Positions 10,732 through 20,274 of a DNA stretch of 64,000 nucleotides are shown one piece after another (the first letter of the stretch is position 1; every line of letters begins with the position of its first letter). The stretch comes from a virus. The stretch spans positions 1-64,000 of IMG/VR virus record IMGVR_UViG_3300017991_000090; one strand, given 5' to 3'. A program made the translations under genes and the position numbers. The notes beneath the pieces were generated by a model. It was given only the letters and a program-made list of their open reading frames with translations, did not search any database and was not told the DNA's origin.

Positions 10732-11471
10732 TGGAAAAGCTATCTTCACAATTACGAGACGCTATTATTCTCGGTGATACTGATCGTGTCAACGAGATTA
10801 AGAGTAAAATTGCATCGAAACAGGAGATTAAAAAAGAGGCTCAAAACAATACCATTCGTATCAATACGATACTTAATGACGAAAAAGCCTCTGCAATTAA
10901 AATATACGACTTTCTGAACAAAGTATTTGGGGAGAGTTGGTGGGAATGGGAGTTTGCAACTATTGAACGGATACTGTGGATTAAATACGGTACCGCCCTT
11001 GAAGATATCAACCGTGATAAAATCTTTGCAATACGGCACACCTGTCGAAGCGACGGGCCGTTTTATGACTGGTTTGAATTTAACCAGGTCGCCCTGTCAT
11101 TCTCCGGGAGTATTGCTGACTTTGAGTATTTAAGAAGCCCCTCGCCGGGGATGGTTATAAATGCCGTAAAAACACTCAACCATATAAGGCCAGACAGGAA
11201 GGGTGTTTTCAGTAACGATGTTCTTAAATATATGAGCATATGCCTTATTAATGATGGTGTTTATTCACCTCCACCTTCTCTGGTTTTTCTTGTTAAGGAT
11301 GTTATGAAAGAGATGGTTGAGAAGTCAACATCTTCAAATTGGCTTTCTATAATGAAGCGATACAATAAATTTAAGCACAGTATGTATTCGAGCGTGGGTG
11401 AAAATTTAGTTGACATCCAGGCTAAAAGGTTGTTAAAGGCCGAAAAAGCAGCTTCGGCATATGCTACTTAA
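10731..11471 (+). CDS. Hypothetical protein upstream of portal
   Basis: TAATG stop-start coupling; 246 aa ORF. Confidence 0.55.
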   Translation: MEKLSSQLRDAIILGDTDRVNEIKSKIASKQEIKKEAQNNTIRINTILNDEKASAIKIYDFLNKVFGESWWEWEFATIERILWIKYGTALEDINRDKIFAIRHTCRSDGPFYDWFEFNQVALSFSGSIADFEYLRSPSPGMVINAVKTLNHIRPDRKGVFSNDVLKYMSICLINDGVYSPPPSLVFLVKDVMKEMVEKSTSSNWLSIMKRYNKFKHSMYSSVGENLVDIQAKRLLKAEKAASAYAT

Positions 11472-11485
11472 AAAGGGATATTAAT

Positions 11486-13576
11486 ATGGCAAATGAAGGA
11501 TTGGCAGGGCCTGGTATAGCACTACCGTCAGCTGGAACCAATGCGAGTAGTACCAGGGTTGCATTTACAAGGGGTTCGTTAAAATACGATTCTCCGTTTA
11601 TAGACATGACCAGCACGTTTTTGCCAAAAAGCATTAAAGGCCTGCTCAGATTTATAGCTGCCTTTATTGTCGGTGACGGTCTTGTCTCACAATGTATTAC
11701 AAAGCTGGCCGAATATCCTATCACCAAACTTCTGTACAATGAGGATGAAGCTTCTGCCATTAAGGATGATAGACAGTCTGAAAAGTGGGTTGACATCTTA
11801 GAAAAGCGCCTGAAGATAATACGCTCAATGAAGCAGGCTGGTATGGATTACTACGGCTATGGTAACAGTGTCATATCTATCAACTGGCCTTTTAAAAGAT
11901 GGTTCGAATGTAAAAGCTGTAAGAAAGAGTTTGCTGCTGACTCAATTAAATACGAATTCAAAAATTATAAATTTAAAGCAAAATGCCCTAAATGTGGGAC
12001 ACATGGTATTGTTGGCGTAAGAGATAAGAATACCAAAGAGCTTAGCAAGCTGCATTTGATTCACTGGGATTTGCTGTGTATGGATATTAAATACAATAGT
12101 ATTACCGGTGACCATTTCTATTTCTATTCAGTTCCAAAACAATTGGCAACTGCAATCAAACGAGGCGATAAAGATATTGTCGGCTCAACACGCCTTGAAA
12201 TAATTGAGGCAGTTAAAAAGCGTAAACAGCTCAAGATAATGGCTGACAACATATTTCATCTCAAAAGACCGGCTCCACAATATCTGATACCATCAGAGCG
12301 TGGGTGGGGCATACCGGTTGTCATGCCTGTGATGAAAGACATATTCCACATTAAGATTCTGAAAAAAGGTAATGAGATGATTGCCTTTGACCACATCGTA
12401 CCTTTAAGAGTTTTGTTTCCACAGGGTACTGGTGACGTGAGCCCCCATGCAACGATTAATCTGGCCGGGTGGCGCAATAAAATTGAAGATGAAATCAGAC
12501 AGTGGAAGGCTGACCCGAACCATATATCAGTAGTGCCGCTTCCAATAGGCGTTGCCAATTTCAGCGGTGATGCGAAGATGCTTCTGGTTACTCCGGAGAT
12601 TAAAGCAACTGAGGATGCTATAATTACCGGTATAGGTATTATTCCGGAGATTATCCGCGGTGGCGCATCCTGGTCCGGTAGCAATGTTTCGTTAAGGGTT
12701 GTTGAAAATAGCTTCCTGAATCATCGTAATGATATACATGAGCTTCTTGAGTGGATTATTGAAAACATATCACGATACTTTGATATACCGCCTATTGATG
12801 TAAAAATGTCTGACTTTAAAATGGCTGACGATATACAGAAGAAGCAGCTTATGGTTAATGCTGCTCTCGGCTCTGCAGCCAAGACCTTAATATCGAAAAC
12901 AACAACTATTAAAGAGCTTGGCTTCGATCCGGAGCAGGAGTTCGAAAATAAAACGAAAGAGCTTCGCCAGATACTGGAACTTCTTATTGAAGAGGTTGAA
13001 GGAGAGGCTACAGCCCAGGGTGCCGGTGCAGTTATTAACGCAATGTACTCTGCTGATGCCGAGGCATCCCATAAAGACAGGCTTGAAATACATGACCGTG
13101 AAGCGCAGCAGAAGCGTGATGATGCCACAAGAGGTATGGAGGAAGAACGTGCTGTTGAGGTCTCAAAAGAAATTGATGCGGCTGGTGAAAAGAAGGGTGT
13201 TCCTGCCGGAACAGTCACTTTACCTAATTTGATTATGCTGCTGACGCACCGGTTCTCAATTCTTGCTAAGACTGACAAAGAAGAGTTTAAGATGCGCATG
13301 CTTCTTATGAAGAACTCCATGCCTGAAGCATATGCGGTGGTGTATAACAATCTGAAGGAAATGAATCTTATTGAAGCTGATCTGACGCCAAATATTGAAA
13401 CGGCACAGCAGTACACACCAGGCGAGCTACCATCATATATGCAGGGCGAGACTCATTCCGAAACTCCTCCGAATATCGCTGAGCTTGGGCCAGATTCATC
13501 ATCTGTAAACAAAGGCTCATACAATAAGCCGCTGCCCGAAGCAAGGCCACCGGTATCAGATAAAGCACCGATATAG
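11486..13576 (+). CDS. Portal protein with zinc-ribbon insertion
   Basis: DYYGYGN, IFHLK...RGWGIP-V, II-GIG-P portal-like pattern; CxxC...CxxC insert; size and context. Confidence 0.7.
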   Translation: MANEGLAGPGIALPSAGTNASSTRVAFTRGSLKYDSPFIDMTSTFLPKSIKGLLRFIAAFIVGDGLVSQCITKLAEYPITKLLYNEDEASAIKDDRQSEKWVDILEKRLKIIRSMKQAGMDYYGYGNSVISINWPFKRWFECKSCKKEFAADSIKYEFKNYKFKAKCPKCGTHGIVGVRDKNTKELSKLHLIHWDLLCMDIKYNSITGDHFYFYSVPKQLATAIKRGDKDIVGSTRLEIIEAVKKRKQLKIMADNIFHLKRPAPQYLIPSERGWGIPVVMPVMKDIFHIKILKKGNEMIAFDHIVPLRVLFPQGTGDVSPHATINLAGWRNKIEDEIRQWKADPNHISVVPLPIGVANFSGDAKMLLVTPEIKATEDAIITGIGIIPEIIRGGASWSGSNVSLRVVENSFLNHRNDIHELLEWIIENISRYFDIPPIDVKMSDFKMADDIQKKQLMVNAALGSAAKTLISKTTTIKELGFDPEQEFENKTKELRQILELLIEEVEGEATAQGAGAVINAMYSADAEASHKDRLEIHDREAQQKRDDATRGMEEERAVEVSKEIDAAGEKKGVPAGTVTLPNLIMLLTHRFSILAKTDKEEFKMRMLLMKNSMPEAYAVVYNNLKEMNLIEADLTPNIETAQQYTPGELPSYMQGETHSETPPNIAELGPDSSSVNKGSYNKPLPEARPPVSDKAPI

Positions 13577-13658
13577 ACTGTGGGGTAAGAGCCACCCAAA
13601 ACCCTCACCTCATAGTCCGCCGAGCCCGGTCTGATGATCGGGTTTGTGCGTGATAGCT

Positions 13659-13820
13659 AAAAAAAAAGAGTTGGGCACATCTCTTCTACTTTGCGTTTCG
13701 TTACTCTACTTCTGTTGCTCCTTCCATGCTTCCTATTTCCGTTGTTCCTTCAATGCTTTCACTACTTTGCGTTTCATTCGATGTGTACCTTATACCATTA
13801 CTGACTAAGGCTACCAACCC
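13659..13820 (-). ncRNA. Candidate small RNA with purine-rich repeats and GGA motifs
   Basis: Own promoter motif (13826-13856) and terminator (13659-13685); duplicated CTACTTTGCGTTTC and near-duplicated GTTGYTCCTTCMATGCT; no RBS-supported ORF. Confidence 0.45.
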
Positions 13821-13825
13821 TGTTA

Positions 13826-13856
13826 TAATTATACCAGATTACTGAGAATAATAACT
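13826..13856 (-). promoter_or_regulatory. Phage promoter motif GTKAT-N14-TGKWAT
   Basis: AGTTAT-N14-TGGTATAAT on - strand; one of six copies. Confidence 0.6.
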
Positions 13857-14018
13857 AAAAAAAATGGGCGCAATGTACTGACACAATGCGCCCATCCCTA
13901 CGTCTCGGTTCCTCTAAAACCGTGATTTCGTTGAGCTCTGCTTCTCCGCGGCTCACCACTGGAGTAGGTGACACTGATTTTAGATGAAAATTCTTTATTT
14001 AGAAAATAAAGATATCAA
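13857..14018 (-). ncRNA. Candidate structured small RNA
   Basis: Promoter motif at 14023-14051, internal hairpins, terminal GATGGGCGCA...TGCGCCCAT-T8 terminator; no ORF. Confidence 0.4.
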
Positions 14019-14022
14019 TGTT

Positions 14023-14051
14023 GTAATTACAAATATAATATCAAAATAACG
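14023..14051 (-). promoter_or_regulatory. Phage promoter motif copy
   Basis: CGTTAT-N14-TGTAATTAC. Confidence 0.55.
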
Positions 14052-14106
14052 CTCGGCACTGGTAGCTAAAAACACGCCCCCCAACGGGGGCAGCACTCTA
14101 AAAAAA

Positions 14107-14469
14107 TTAGGTGTGTGCTTTAGATACGTGTGCCGTATCTGCCTCTTCCTGTCGCAAGGAGTGTTTTACGAACTTGAATGACAATTCTTCAAGAGAATTA
14201 CCACTAAAATACTCCTTTTCATTTTCATCATAAATCGTAAACCTTTCGCTTCCATTACAGTCAATATAATATTCTGTACCCGAGTGCGTTATAATGGATA
14301 GTGTTTTGTTTAGATTATTTTCATTAGTTTTTTCTACTTTTTCATTGTCCCCCGATTCTTTTCTCGGGATATATGTGCACCTTAAAGAATCAATCCGATG
14401 CACTGGAATTAAATCAACCTGGACCTCACCAGTTTCGTTTACGCGCTGAAAAACACGTAAAGTTTTCAT
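14107..14469 (-). CDS. Hypothetical protein
   Basis: AAAGGAG RBS, 120 aa. Confidence 0.6.
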   Translation of the reverse strand: MKTLRVFQRVNETGEVQVDLIPVHRIDSLRCTYIPRKESGDNEKVEKTNENNLNKTLSIITHSGTEYYIDCNGSERFTIYDENEKEYFSGNSLEELSFKFVKHSLRQEEADTAHVSKAHT

Positions 14470-14536
14470 GTCTAATATACGCTCCTTTCTGTTAAAATGA
14501 TAGGAGGGGAATAGCTCCCCTCCCTTTATGATAACG

Positions 14537-15019
14537 CTACCATCTGTTACCTTTTACCTTTTGCGACAGAATTATGTTCACGGCCCTGTCGCCCGCCGGC
14601 TTTTTTAACACGAAATCCTCATCCTGCTTGATATGATTAATACGATACTCATAAGCAGGAGAACCATCCGCTTTATAATACGCTTTGCGCTCATCTTCAG
14701 GCATCTGGTCAATAACATCCTTGATCGTCATACCTTCTTCGGCGCCCATCGATTTTATTCCACCACCGGAACCCATCTTGATGAGTTTTACCTCAAACGG
14801 GTCACCGTCCTGGTTTCCTTTTACTTTTTTACCGACGAATACCTTATCGCCATCTTCAAGTTCTGTATCCGGATCTACATCCTCTCCGCGCCTGGTGACT
14901 TTACAGTCATCGGGAAATTCCTCACCACAGGCGTCGAACAATCCCTGTACGGTAGGGTCATCGGATATCTCAACTTCCTGTACATCCGAGCCCATTTTGA
15001 TAAGCTTACAACAAACCAC
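14537..15019 (-). CDS. Tandem two-domain ubiquitin-like (beta-grasp) protein
   Basis: Two repeats, each starting KLIKMGS and ending KVKGN; D-T-E-L-E-D-G-D Ubl motif; adjacent to E1 and JAB. Confidence 0.75.
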   Translation of the reverse strand: MVCCKLIKMGSDVQEVEISDDPTVQGLFDACGEEFPDDCKVTRRGEDVDPDTELEDGDKVFVGKKVKGNQDGDPFEVKLIKMGSGGGIKSMGAEEGMTIKDVIDQMPEDERKAYYKADGSPAYEYRINHIKQDEDFVLKKPAGDRAVNIILSQKVKGNRW

Positions 15020-15062
15020 GACTATATGATTTCCTTTCTTTTGTTGTAATTAATGTCGTTAA

Positions 15063-15818
15063 TTAAGGTTGTTGTATGAATTGAGGCTCTATGTCCTCGT
15101 TGAAGTTCCTGTAGTAGAAACTATCAGGGTAAAGGGAAAAATGAACCTCATTCCATATCTTGGACTGTTCAGATTTTTCACTGTCAGCCCCGTAGTGCGC
15201 ATTAAAATGCTGTACAACCCTCCCACATGCCATACTGGCCAAAAATGTCACGGTCGTAATAATTGACGCGCTCGCGCCACATGCACTACTATCTGCTTCT
15301 TCATCGGAATATAAAGTTTTTTTCCATTCTTCTGCTTGTTCACCGTCATGAGGATTGAATGCGTAGACCCGACCGTCTCGCAATCCCATCCTCGTTTCTA
15401 TGACGAGGTCTGTATCAAAGGAAAACTTTAAGCATTTATCAAAAATCTCCTCACGAGATTTCATGGTATCTGTAAGCAGAAACACATATGTCGAGCGCAC
15501 ACTCTGTTGATCAGTAATATACTCATTGTGCACTTCAATTTCAAAGCCGCATTTTCGAAGAATCACTTCTTTAAGAGCTTCTACTTTTGGCATTCCAATA
15601 TGCGAAGGTTCATAAATCTGGTTTGCCAGATTATGCTCCTCTACTTTGTCACCATCAAATACTTTTAAAGTTCCCTGTCCGTGCGGGGAATTTCCCCATC
15701 CTAATTGTGCTAATATAAAAGCAACGTAGCTTCCGGTTGCACCGGCCCCAACCAGTGCAATTGATTTATTTTTAATTTGCTTCGGGTCAAGCAAATCTAT
15801 TTGTCTTATATAATCCAT
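15063..15818 (-). CDS. ThiF/E1-family ubiquitin-like activating enzyme
   Basis: RQ...GAGATG, FDGDKVEEHNLANQ, PKV, D-T-M-K-S-R motifs; candidate catalytic Cys in SACG; GGAGG RBS. Confidence 0.9.
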   Translation of the reverse strand: MDYIRQIDLLDPKQIKNKSIALVGAGATGSYVAFILAQLGWGNSPHGQGTLKVFDGDKVEEHNLANQIYEPSHIGMPKVEALKEVILRKCGFEIEVHNEYITDQQSVRSTYVFLLTDTMKSREEIFDKCLKFSFDTDLVIETRMGLRDGRVYAFNPHDGEQAEEWKKTLYSDEEADSSACGASASIITTVTFLASMACGRVVQHFNAHYGADSEKSEQSKIWNEVHFSLYPDSFYYRNFNEDIEPQFIQQP

Positions 15819-15819
15819 A

Positions 15820-16737
15820 TTATCCTCCGGATCCAGATTGTGTTTCAAATTCCTCAATCTGCTTCTCAACGTCAGTCATTAAAGTGGCGATTTCAGCTTC
15901 ACTAAGAATACTGTCTGAGCTGTCATCATCCTCTTGTTTCTTATTAACTTTTGTAGTAGTAACGTTGGTGCTTCCGCTATAGTCAAACAGGTTTCCCTGC
16001 TGATGACCATGGTGATAACTATGGCTTCCTGATCGGCAGTGATATTGCCGTGTAGGTATGTTTTTCTCTTTGAGCTTCTTTACTTTCTGCTCTATCTCTT
16101 CCATTTCCTGATCGTGTTTAAATATCGAATAGACCCTTGCAATTACGTCATACGGGTCTTCAGAATAATCAGGTGTAACAAGCTCCTTTATATCATCGAG
16201 CTTTTGTATCATTGCATTTTTGGACGCATTTTCTTCGACAGTCCATTTTATATTATCAAAGCGTATTTGATTCTGATAGTCAAAGAATGATATAGATATC
16301 TCATTGTCTGAACAGATTGCACGTATCAGATACGCTTGAGTAGAGTTCATCCTGTCAAAAGCCTGGGTTTCATCCTGACCAGACGGAGTGGTAAAACCCT
16401 GGGGATGATAATGCCCCCAGAATCTTATGAAGGGTATTTCTTCTTCACGACCTTTATCACAAAGGTACTCCATCACCTCAGTTTCACCTTCAGGCGATAT
16501 TTCACATGTTCCACCATCTGCAGCACAGTGCTTCGGATAGAATATGTCACGGATGTAATAAGTGTATTCCTCCTGCTCATCAATTATGGCGTAGAATCCA
16601 ACCTCAGTAGTATGAGCCTCTATTAACGCACGAATCCACTTCAAAGCTGTTACGCTGAAAATAATATTCGGAGCAACCTTTTTCTCCTGAGTAAACAGCC
16701 TGTAGGTGACCTTTCTGTCATCTGGTTTAAAATCCAT
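15820..16737 (-). CDS. JAB/JAMM (MPN+) metallopeptidase
   Basis: TEVG plus WGHYHP-x5-PSGQD JAMM motif. Confidence 0.85.
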   Translation of the reverse strand: MDFKPDDRKVTYRLFTQEKKVAPNIIFSVTALKWIRALIEAHTTEVGFYAIIDEQEEYTYYIRDIFYPKHCAADGGTCEISPEGETEVMEYLCDKGREEEIPFIRFWGHYHPQGFTTPSGQDETQAFDRMNSTQAYLIRAICSDNEISISFFDYQNQIRFDNIKWTVEENASKNAMIQKLDDIKELVTPDYSEDPYDVIARVYSIFKHDQEMEEIEQKVKKLKEKNIPTRQYHCRSGSHSYHHGHQQGNLFDYSGSTNVTTTKVNKKQEDDDSSDSILSEAEIATLMTDVEKQIEEFETQSGSGG

Positions 16738-17891
16738 TAAGGATCAACCTCTTCAGCTATTTTCCAGTTCTTCATATGCGCTCCCCAGCTGTCAGATTCA
16801 TTAGGACTTGTGAGGAATCTGAGTAAGCTTTCAGCGATATATTCAAGGTTACGTTCAACGAACGCCTCAAACAGAAAGTCGTATGTATTACCAATACATT
16901 TTGAGCCGTTAGAATCCACATGGCCACACTCCCAGATTCGTGACCCGGTGTTATACCGATGCGTCAAATTGTGAATAGTAATTACACTGTCAACGTCTGT
17001 TAAAGCTTTCGGTGAGAAAAAAGCGCTCAACGCAATACCGATACGCATTGTGCCAACAAGACGCCTTTCACCTTCAATTTCATCATCGGTGATTAGCGGC
17101 TCAGTGATAATAATAATCTGCTTATCAGTAAAGTAAACATCATTAATGAGCTTATGCCTTTTAACCTCTTCAATCTGATCAATAATACTCTTGATAATCG
17201 GGTGCTCCTGGACATCGTGCTCCATCAGCTTGATGTTCCGCTTCATTATCAACAACTCACGAAACATTTTGTCAAACTGATTTTTAGTTTCGAGAAGCTG
17301 TTTTGCGCGGTTTGTCGAATCGTCTTCCAGCAGTCGTGCAATTGCTGCATACACTGATTCACGCTCAATCTTAATATCAGCAGGTATGTCGGACGGGCCA
17401 ATCATACCAGAGTCAAGCTTAATAGCAAGGTCTGCTGGCGGGTCAACGGTGTCATCTTCCTCAACCGCCTCTTCAGTAGGTACCCCTGGCGCTGGCGCTT
17501 CATCATCAGCTTCTTCAACCGGCATCTCAGCAGCTTCAGCACGTACAGCCTCTTCTGGTGCCGCGTCAGCCTGGTTAGCAGCTTCAGCTGGCTCATCAGC
17601 ATCTTCACAACGTCTCACCTGCACCTCATCTTCATCCTGCGTATCTTCTTCCATAACTCTTAAGGAAATCCGTGTTGTATTACGGTGCCTGCTTATGCGT
17701 AGCGGCGTTTCCGGATTTGGGCGCGACCCGTTCGATAACAATCTGATCGCACTCCTTTCGTCTTCTGGCAACACTTTTAATTGAAGACTGCCATCGGCTC
17801 CCTGGTCGATTTCTCTAATTAAATCGTATACACGATCTGGTATAGCATCGACAGTATAACCGACTTCTTTGTTAATGTGGATAGTGACCAC
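16737..17891 (-). CDS. Prokaryotic E2-like protein with possible N-terminal Ubl-like domain and acidic linker
   Basis: C-terminal GHVDSNGSKCIGN (His...Cys E2 pattern); N-terminal NGSRPNPETPL; Ala/Glu/Pro linker; coiled coil. Confidence 0.6.
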   Translation of the reverse strand: MVTIHINKEVGYTVDAIPDRVYDLIREIDQGADGSLQLKVLPEDERSAIRLLSNGSRPNPETPLRISRHRNTTRISLRVMEEDTQDEDEVQVRRCEDADEPAEAANQADAAPEEAVRAEAAEMPVEEADDEAPAPGVPTEEAVEEDDTVDPPADLAIKLDSGMIGPSDIPADIKIERESVYAAIARLLEDDSTNRAKQLLETKNQFDKMFRELLIMKRNIKLMEHDVQEHPIIKSIIDQIEEVKRHKLINDVYFTDKQIIIITEPLITDDEIEGERRLVGTMRIGIALSAFFSPKALTDVDSVITIHNLTHRYNTGSRIWECGHVDSNGSKCIGNTYDFLFEAFVERNLEYIAESLLRFLTSPNESDSWGAHMKNWKIAEEVDP

Positions 17892-17911
17892 TTGGTTATA
17901 AACCTCCTTTA

Positions 17912-19867
17912 CTATGTATGCACTGGAATTAAATTAGCAAACTGTTCGTCAAATTTCTTTTCAGCCTCTACGAGCTTATGAATCTTTTCATACCTGGTGG
18001 CGTCATCTGTCATATTACCATTCAACGCGGTATCGGCAGCAACTTCAGGCCATTTGTTAACCTGTTCACCAGCACTGTCGGCTGTATTTGCTTCACTGAG
18101 AAACAGTATTATTTGATATACAAGTTCAAACATATTGCGGCGCTTATACGCATCAGTCATTCCGGTCGCAAGATTACCATGGCAGATGTGACCGTCATGC
18201 CATACATGGGGCGCCTGCATTGCCTGAGAAAATGCATCAATCTGATATTTAGTGTTCTTGATATTGACAGTTTTACCGACATCATATTCGTTGCTGTGCA
18301 TGCCGATCGCTATCTGGAATGTTCCAATGTCATGCCATCTGTCTGTCCGCTCATCCTGAACATAGATGTTATGGGTATAAACATACACCACATTGTCACG
18401 CACCACAATAGAGCTCACCTTGTCAATCGCAAGAGTTTCATCATAATTGCTCTGAGCCTTATCACGCTCATCCTGCATAAATTTACTTTCATCGAAGTAT
18501 GAAATCTGTTCATGGAACTTCTGGAAAATCTTCGCATGCTCCATGGCTTTAGCAAGATGTTCCTTATACTTCTTACGGTGTTCATCACGCTTTTTCTTAA
18601 GCTCATCAATAATAATTTTGGAGTTACTGACGCTAAATTTAACATAGTCCTCCCGATTGTCAGTATGCATCTGTTCAAGATATGCATTATCAATTTCCTG
18701 AAGCGCTTCATAAGACAGGCTGTGATTATACCGTCTGGTAAACTCAGAAAGAGAAGTTTTGTAGAAATCCGTCTTGCTGAAATCAACCATACAGTATACA
18801 ATACATCTATCCTTTAGCGCCCATACCACATTGGTAGCAGTGTCTTTGTACACCTCGTCATATTTATATAAAGAGGTATTCTGACGCTTAGCAAGTATCT
18901 CATCAACCTGCTTATTCTTTTCTTCATCGGTCAGGTCTTTATCTTTCCTTATCATCTCGATTTTTAAATTGTCATCACCATCGCTTGTAGGAGCATACAG
19001 TTCTGAAACATTATGACCGAAACATATCATGCTTTTGTGGGTATTATAAATAAACCCGGAAGCATATTCAGCACTGATTAAAAAAAGAGTATGATATTCT
19101 ACCTGGGCCAGCTTGTAATCATTCTTCATTTCATGAATAACATAATGCGCAAGAAGTGAATTCTTAATAATGACGATATTTCTTTTAAGAGTTGTGGCGA
19201 CATCGTCTACAGCACGCTTAATACCTGAATTCATAGAATGGCCAATTGATAAAATATGAAAGCCTTCACACGTATAATCATCATACACTTCAGCGCTTTT
19301 TTTACGAGCAATTATATTAATAAACTCGTCGATTTTCTGCTGCTGTTTACTGATTTTTGGCTCTTCTTTTTTCTTGGGCTCTTCTTTCTTTTCCTGCTGA
19401 GCTGCCTCGCCTGCCACCTCGGCCGGAACAGCTTCACCGGTTCCAGTTGCCTGTACCGCCTCCTGTGTGGGCTGGTTTGGCTGTGGGTTTAATATTTCAG
19501 ATATTTTTACTTTAATATTATCAATATTAAATCGTGCGCCACTTGGCCCCATGGACTTTACAGCCTCATACTGTGAAACTGCTTTTGCATCTTCGCCGGT
19601 AATTTCATCGAGAATCTCGTCATCTGACCAATAGATATGTATAATAGTTCTCATATCCATTACAGTTGAGTTAACAATAATAGGCGTATACTGTGGTGCT
19701 GCATTACTCAATTGCTCCCACAATTTAGCCAACACGTTCATTATTTTATTGAACCCCACATGGTCAACGGCCGCAACGGTCTTGCCGCTTTCCAACGGGT
19801 AGTTCATTATCTCAACGCCGACTGATTCAGCAATCCATAATTCAACGAACCCGTAAGTATCATTCAT
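17912..19867 (-). CDS. Large protein with C-terminal prokaryotic E2-like domain
   Basis: APHVWHDGHICHGN motif after a coiled coil; C-terminus paralogous to 16737-17891. Confidence 0.6.
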   Translation of the reverse strand: MNDTYGFVELWIAESVGVEIMNYPLESGKTVAAVDHVGFNKIMNVLAKLWEQLSNAAPQYTPIIVNSTVMDMRTIIHIYWSDDEILDEITGEDAKAVSQYEAVKSMGPSGARFNIDNIKVKISEILNPQPNQPTQEAVQATGTGEAVPAEVAGEAAQQEKKEEPKKKEEPKISKQQQKIDEFINIIARKKSAEVYDDYTCEGFHILSIGHSMNSGIKRAVDDVATTLKRNIVIIKNSLLAHYVIHEMKNDYKLAQVEYHTLFLISAEYASGFIYNTHKSMICFGHNVSELYAPTSDGDDNLKIEMIRKDKDLTDEEKNKQVDEILAKRQNTSLYKYDEVYKDTATNVVWALKDRCIVYCMVDFSKTDFYKTSLSEFTRRYNHSLSYEALQEIDNAYLEQMHTDNREDYVKFSVSNSKIIIDELKKKRDEHRKKYKEHLAKAMEHAKIFQKFHEQISYFDESKFMQDERDKAQSNYDETLAIDKVSSIVVRDNVVYVYTHNIYVQDERTDRWHDIGTFQIAIGMHSNEYDVGKTVNIKNTKYQIDAFSQAMQAPHVWHDGHICHGNLATGMTDAYKRRNMFELVYQIILFLSEANTADSAGEQVNKWPEVAADTALNGNMTDDATRYEKIHKLVEAEKKFDEQFANLIPVHT

Positions 19868-19915
19868 TTGCTATATGCACCTTCCTTTCGAAAAATAATT
19901 ATCCATACCATTATA

Positions 19916-19944
19916 GTTATTCCATAATCAATATCGTGATAACA
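19916..19944 (-). promoter_or_regulatory. Phage promoter motif copy upstream of the Ubl operon
   Basis: TGTTAT-N14-TGGAATAAC. Confidence 0.6.
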
Positions 19945-20274
19945 TTAATTTTGTTCATTGTGCGCCTTAATAACATTATCGCGGGTCAAGTTAAGCTTCT
20001 TCTTGAGCGCCACCCATTCTTCTATGGAGTGGCACACAAAAGCATTTACACCGCAGCTATTTAATTTGGCTATTTTAACTTTCTGGAGTTTTCTAACGAC
20101 TCCTTTTTTCTTTTTCGCTTCTATAAAAATTGCGCCGGTGAGGCAAGTCGTAAAAAAAATGTCGGGCTCACCGGCGTCACTTGCTTTCATTATTTTGAAC
20201 ACTTCGCAATACTGGTCGTATGAACGTAAGTCGCCCAGTATTATATCTTGGACTTTCTTTTCATTTTTTGCCAT
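19945..20274 (-). CDS. VRR-NUC (PD-(D/E)XK) nuclease
   Basis: GEPD...FIEAK...G...LQ motif, about 110 aa. Confidence 0.8.
   Translation of the reverse strand: MAKNEKKVQDIILGDLRSYDQYCEVFKIMKASDAGEPDIFFTTCLTGAIFIEAKKKKGVVRKLQKVKIAKLNSCGVNAFVCHSIEEWVALKKKLNLTRDNVIKAHNEQN

Noticed and set aside
12256-13416. Long antisense ORFs opposite the portal (and similar ones opposite RNAP and primase)
   Set aside because: Shadow ORFs of real genes, with no RBS or motifs.
13576-13645. Two hairpins after the portal gene as a further retron unit
   Set aside because: No enclosing arms with G.G and no G-UUU-C loop; more likely 3' UTR or terminator structures of the + strand operon.
15063-15818. ThiF/MoeB for thiamine or molybdopterin synthesis
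   Set aside because: No biosynthetic partners nearby; neighbours are JAB, E2-like and Ubl genes.
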